NCBI GenBank assembly: GCA_965249485.1
Contig: OZ252239.1
Span: 2,720,001 to 2,784,000, forward strand
DNA: 64,000 nt
Direction of reading: 5' to 3'
Source of the DNA: a bacterium
GTDB lineage: Bacteria; SM23-31
A program made the translations under genes and the position numbers. Shown piece by piece: positions 60,889-64,000 of this stretch. How positions within the stretch are numbered: position 1 is the stretch's first letter; the number at the start of each line of letters is the position of its first letter. Under the pieces are notes generated by a model, which was given only the letters and a program-made list of their open reading frames with translations, made no database searches and was not told the origin of the DNA.

Positions 60889-61521
60889 CTATGTATACAT
60901 ACTCATAAATGAAACCTGATTATCCCTTTGACCGGTTTTATTTTGAAATTGTGCGACATATTTTCCAATAATGTCGGTTTCAATATTGACACGATCACCG
61001 GCATTTTTTGATCCTAAAGTAGTTAATTTCAGCGTTAATGGTATCAAAGCGACCGACACAACTGTCTCATTGACATCAGCCACTGTCAAGCTTATTCCGT
61101 CGAGAGCAATTGAACCTTTTTTGACAACACTTCCCAAAAATTCCTTCGGCAGTTGTACCGAAATTATAATATTACCACCCGATTTTTCATACCGTGTAAT
61201 TTCGGCTGTACCGTCAATGTGTCCCTGAACAAAATGGCCATCAAACCTGTCGAAAACTCTCAGCGCTTTCTCAAGGTTAACAACATCTCCTTTTTTTATT
61301 GCCGACAAGGTTGATTTAGACAATGTCTCCTTTATAACATCTACCAAAAATGAATTATTTTTCATTTCAATTACCGTCAAACAGACACCATTTACCGCAA
61401 TACTGCTTCCAATCTTCACATCATCGAGAAAGTTTTTAACTGAAATCGCTAATTTCGAACCGTGAGTATTATTTGCGACTGATTCAACAATACCGGTTGT
61501 TTCAATTATTCCTGTAAACAT
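60889..61521 (-). CDS. ribE: Riboflavin synthase
   Basis: MFTGII, SIAVNGVCLTV, GHFVQGHID, KGSIALDGISLTV, VNIETD. Confidence 0.96.
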   Translation of the reverse strand: MFTGIIETTGIVESVANNTHGSKLAISVKNFLDDVKIGSSIAVNGVCLTVIEMKNNSFLVDVIKETLSKSTLSAIKKGDVVNLEKALRVFDRFDGHFVQGHIDGTAEITRYEKSGGNIIISVQLPKEFLGSVVKKGSIALDGISLTVADVNETVVSVALIPLTLKLTTLGSKNAGDRVNIETDIIGKYVAQFQNKTGQRDNQVSFMSMYT

Positions 61522-61524
61522 TAT

Positions 61525-62616
61525 CTATTGATTCCTCAAATAAACTGGCGTTCCTGACAGTAATATATCATCACCTAACATTTTTTTTGTGATATTATTG
61601 AGTTTTACGTAGTCTCCGTTAACGGTGAAATTTGATATTCCGTTTAAACCGCTGCCAAATATAAGAGGTGAAATTACGATTTTGACTGAATCAACCAAAC
61701 GACCGTATAAAAAACTCGTAAAAACATGAGCCCCTCCTTCTACTAGAACCGAACTGATAGAGCGTTTACCCAGCATTGTAAGTAATTCCTGAATATTCAC
61801 CATGCCGGTATTGTTTTTATTAATGCAAAGAATTTCTACACCCATTCTTTCAAAAAACTGAATGCGTTCCCGATCTTGTGATGCAGTTGCTATAATAATT
61901 TTCCCCAAATTAAGCGTACCAAACAAACTTAATGACTCCGGACATTCCAAATGAGTATCCAAAATAATTCTTACCGGTGTTTTACCACGGGCAAATCGTG
62001 TTGTCAGTAAAGGATCGTCAATTTGTGCCGTATCTTTTCCGATTATAACCGCATCGTGTTCTGCTCTTAATGTGTGAACATAGCGCAATGCTTTATCTGA
62101 CGATATTTGAGTTCGGACATTTTCTTTTCGGGAAATTTTTCCATCGAGTGTCTGGGCGATTTTGATTGTAACATATGGCATACCTGTTGTAATATATTTA
62201 ATAAACATAACATTCAACGCTTCACATTCATTAACCGATACACCTGTTGTAACTTCAATAGAATTGTTCTGCAGCATTGCAATACCTTTACCATTTACCT
62301 TTGGATTGGGATCTTTCATACCGATTACAACCCGCTTGATACCTCCATTAATAATCGCTCCAACACAAGGAGGTGTCTTACCGGTATGTGAACATGGTTC
62401 TAAATTGCAGTAAAGTGTTCCGCCAATTGCGGCTGAACCAGCATTTCTCAACGCATTTACTTCAGCGTGACTGCCGCCGAATTCCTTATGATACCCGGAG
62501 CCTACTATAACATCGTTGCTAACAATAACAGACCCAACCAAAGGATTGGGCCTTACTTTTCCAATTCCTTTTCGTGCAAGCTTCAGCACATATTGCATAT
62601 AGTCATAATCACCCAT
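61525..62616 (-). CDS. ribD: Riboflavin biosynthesis deaminase/reductase
   Basis: PNPLVG, HAE, LEPCSH.GKTPPC, AQTLDG, VLVEGG; start placed at ATG 62616. Confidence 0.96.
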   Translation of the reverse strand: MGDYDYMQYVLKLARKGIGKVRPNPLVGSVIVSNDVIVGSGYHKEFGGSHAEVNALRNAGSAAIGGTLYCNLEPCSHTGKTPPCVGAIINGGIKRVVIGMKDPNPKVNGKGIAMLQNNSIEVTTGVSVNECEALNVMFIKYITTGMPYVTIKIAQTLDGKISRKENVRTQISSDKALRYVHTLRAEHDAVIIGKDTAQIDDPLLTTRFARGKTPVRIILDTHLECPESLSLFGTLNLGKIIIATASQDRERIQFFERMGVEILCINKNNTGMVNIQELLTMLGKRSISSVLVEGGAHVFTSFLYGRLVDSVKIVISPLIFGSGLNGISNFTVNGDYVKLNNITKKMLGDDILLSGTPVYLRNQ

Positions 62617-62620
62617 AAAC

Positions 62621-62650
62621 AAAAAAACCCGAAGTAGCTATACTTCGGGG
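62621..62650 (-). terminator. Terminator of the FMN riboswitch expression platform
   Basis: Minus strand CCCGAAGTA-TAGC-TACTTCGGG-TTTTTTT. Confidence 0.85.
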
Positions 62651-62680
62651 CACGTCAGGTATACAATACACCTTACCTGC

Positions 62681-62799
62681 TCTATCTTCTCCCATCCGGA
62701 CTGTAACCGTCGGCATCGGAATTTCACCGATTCCTGCTGCAGATGCAGCTCGCGGGCTATAACCGCCGGTCGGGATTTTCACCCGGCCCCGAAGATAGA
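62681..62799 (-). ncRNA. FMN riboswitch (RFN element)
   Basis: CTTCGGGGCCGGGTGAAAATCCCGACCGGCGGT...AGCCCGCGAG...GGTGAAATTCC..TGCCGACGGTTACAGTCCGGATGGGAGAAG; directly upstream of ribD. Confidence 0.97.
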
Positions 62800-62824
62800 A
62801 ACACAATTAATAAACTTTGTAATA

Positions 62825-62853
62825 AAGGTACAAATTTATGTGCAATTATTCAA
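62825..62853 (-). promoter_or_regulatory. Putative sigma70 promoter of the rib operon
   Basis: TTGAAT-17 nt-TACCTT on the minus strand, about 25 nt before the aptamer. Confidence 0.5.
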
Positions 62854-62915
62854 GCAAAAATTCTTGTGTCAAATGTTAATCCGGATTATAGTTCACTCTT
62901 AATGGGAGTTGATCA

Positions 62916-63641
62916 TTACCGAGTCATGAGTTTAAATATTCTCTCAAACGATTTTAATGTATCGGTATCAAAATCAAATTTCATATCTCTGCCTTCTCTC
63001 GATTTGGACAGAAGATAGTCACCATATAACCGGATACGCTCCAGATCGGGAATCTCAAGCATACCAGTGCCCCCTTTTATACTAACAAAATTCACCAAAT
63101 TAAATCTCTTGAGCCATACATCAACTTCATCAAAATCAATCCCGACGGTGTATTTAATATCACCTCTTAAAACATCAACGGGAATGATTGCTCCTTTCTT
63201 TGTCGGTGTACCGGACATTTCACTCATATGGTGAATACATTTTAGAATTGTGAAATCAAGGCCAACCTTATACGTTCCCTTTACGCCTTTTGAAGTCGTT
63301 TTAATCCTATTTGCAATGGTATTGATCATCGTCACAAGCCATTCGGGGATCTTATTAAACTGGGTAATAAGCATCTTCTTGGTAACAACAATCACTTCCG
63401 ACTTTACAGCAGCACGAACTGCAGCAGTTCGTTTATTGTCTCCGAATAGAGCCATCTCACCAAAAAAATCTTTCGGGCCGAGCGTGGCAACTTTCATTTC
63501 AGTCCCTCCCATTTCTTTGAGGACTTCTATCTTCCCGGAACGAATGATATACATATCATAACCGCTGTCACCTTCTTTACAGATGTATTCACCAGCTTCG
63601 AATGATTCAACTAAAGATCTTGCTTTCTGTTTTTCACCCAT
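62916..63641 (-). CDS. Crp/Fnr-like cyclic-nucleotide-binding protein
   Basis: ICKEGD.G..MYII.SG, FFGEMAL....RTA phosphate-binding cassette; divergent winged-helix-like C-terminus. Confidence 0.8.
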   Translation of the reverse strand: MGEKQKARSLVESFEAGEYICKEGDSGYDMYIIRSGKIEVLKEMGGTEMKVATLGPKDFFGEMALFGDNKRTAAVRAAVKSEVIVVTKKMLITQFNKIPEWLVTMINTIANRIKTTSKGVKGTYKVGLDFTILKCIHHMSEMSGTPTKKGAIIPVDVLRGDIKYTVGIDFDEVDVWLKRFNLVNFVSIKGGTGMLEIPDLERIRLYGDYLLSKSREGRDMKFDFDTDTLKSFERIFKLMTR

Positions 63642-63658
63642 TACAGTCCATCTCTTAT

Positions 63659-64000
63659 TTATTGATCAAGGCGAAGATTAATGAGTTGATGACCTTCTTC
63701 ATTTCGAATGTAGAGGACAATTGAAGACTGATTTCTGTACTGCTCTACTGCTTCTGTAAAATCGGACATTCCATGTATTTCTGTTTTTTCAATTTTATAA
63801 ATAATGTCACCAAGCTTTATGTTATTACTAAAAGCCACACTATTTCTCAATACCCGTGTTACAATAACTCCATTCGGTTCATCACTGATACGCTCTTGAG
63901 TATGTGGTGAATCACTCACTCCTAACCCAATTTCCGGAAAGCTGAGCTGACCTGAAACAAGCACTGGTGCTGGAGCCGAAGGCATATCACCAAGTGTAAC
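63659..64000 (-). CDS. C-terminal PDZ domain of a DegP/DegQ-like protease (partial; starts outside the window)
   Basis: Frame open to the window edge (VTLGDMP...); IGLGV, GVIVTRV..NSVA....IKLGDII. Confidence 0.7.
   Translation of the reverse strand, partial: VTLGDMPSAPAPVLVSGQLSFPEIGLGVSDSPHTQERISDEPNGVIVTRVLRNSVAFSNNIKLGDIIYKIEKTEIHGMSDFTEAVEQYRNQSSIVLYIRNEEGHQLINLRLDQ

Noticed and set aside
62609..62806. 65-aa ORF upstream of ribD
   Set aside because: It overlies the FMN riboswitch aptamer and terminator; a shadow ORF.

Overview
A bacterial chromosomal window that looks AT-rich by eye. Gene content (cdaA next to folP, DUF503 in the infB operon, GldAFG-type ABC system, VPS10/BNR, DUF885 and M14 exported proteins) suggests an FCB-group diderm such as a KSB1-like lineage; this taxonomy is inference only. 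Positions ~2.7-29.4 kb are a minus-strand housekeeping run: tilS-ftsH-folP-cdaA-uvrC-MFS, then rimP-nusA-infB-DUF503-rbfA-truB-ribF-rpsO, a four-gene GldA/F/G+DUF4340 ABC module inserted before pnp, then M16 peptidase, ald, MerR-type regulator, tRNA-Pro, an unannotated 36-aa membrane peptide and a short MutY-like gene. Positions ~29.4-48.8 kb are an accessory, mosaic region ending at the 3' end of tRNA-Met: NRAMP-like transporter plus sugar/polyol dehydrogenases, a 2-oxoacid:ferredoxin oxidoreductase whose alpha subunit has an extra C-terminal domain, and M14, VPS10 and DUF885 exported proteins, separated by AT-rich spacers holding gene remnants. The right end has PhzF-like, PpiD/SurA-like, GNAT+GT4, a VWA/AAA+ pair, a TPR protein, the FMN-riboswitch-controlled ribD-ribE-ribBA-ribH operon, a Crp-like protein and a partial DegP-like protease. 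Many reading frames are broken by single stops or frameshifts. I found no CRISPR array, integrase, transposase or rRNA. No single new system is demonstrated; the best candidates are listed as findings.
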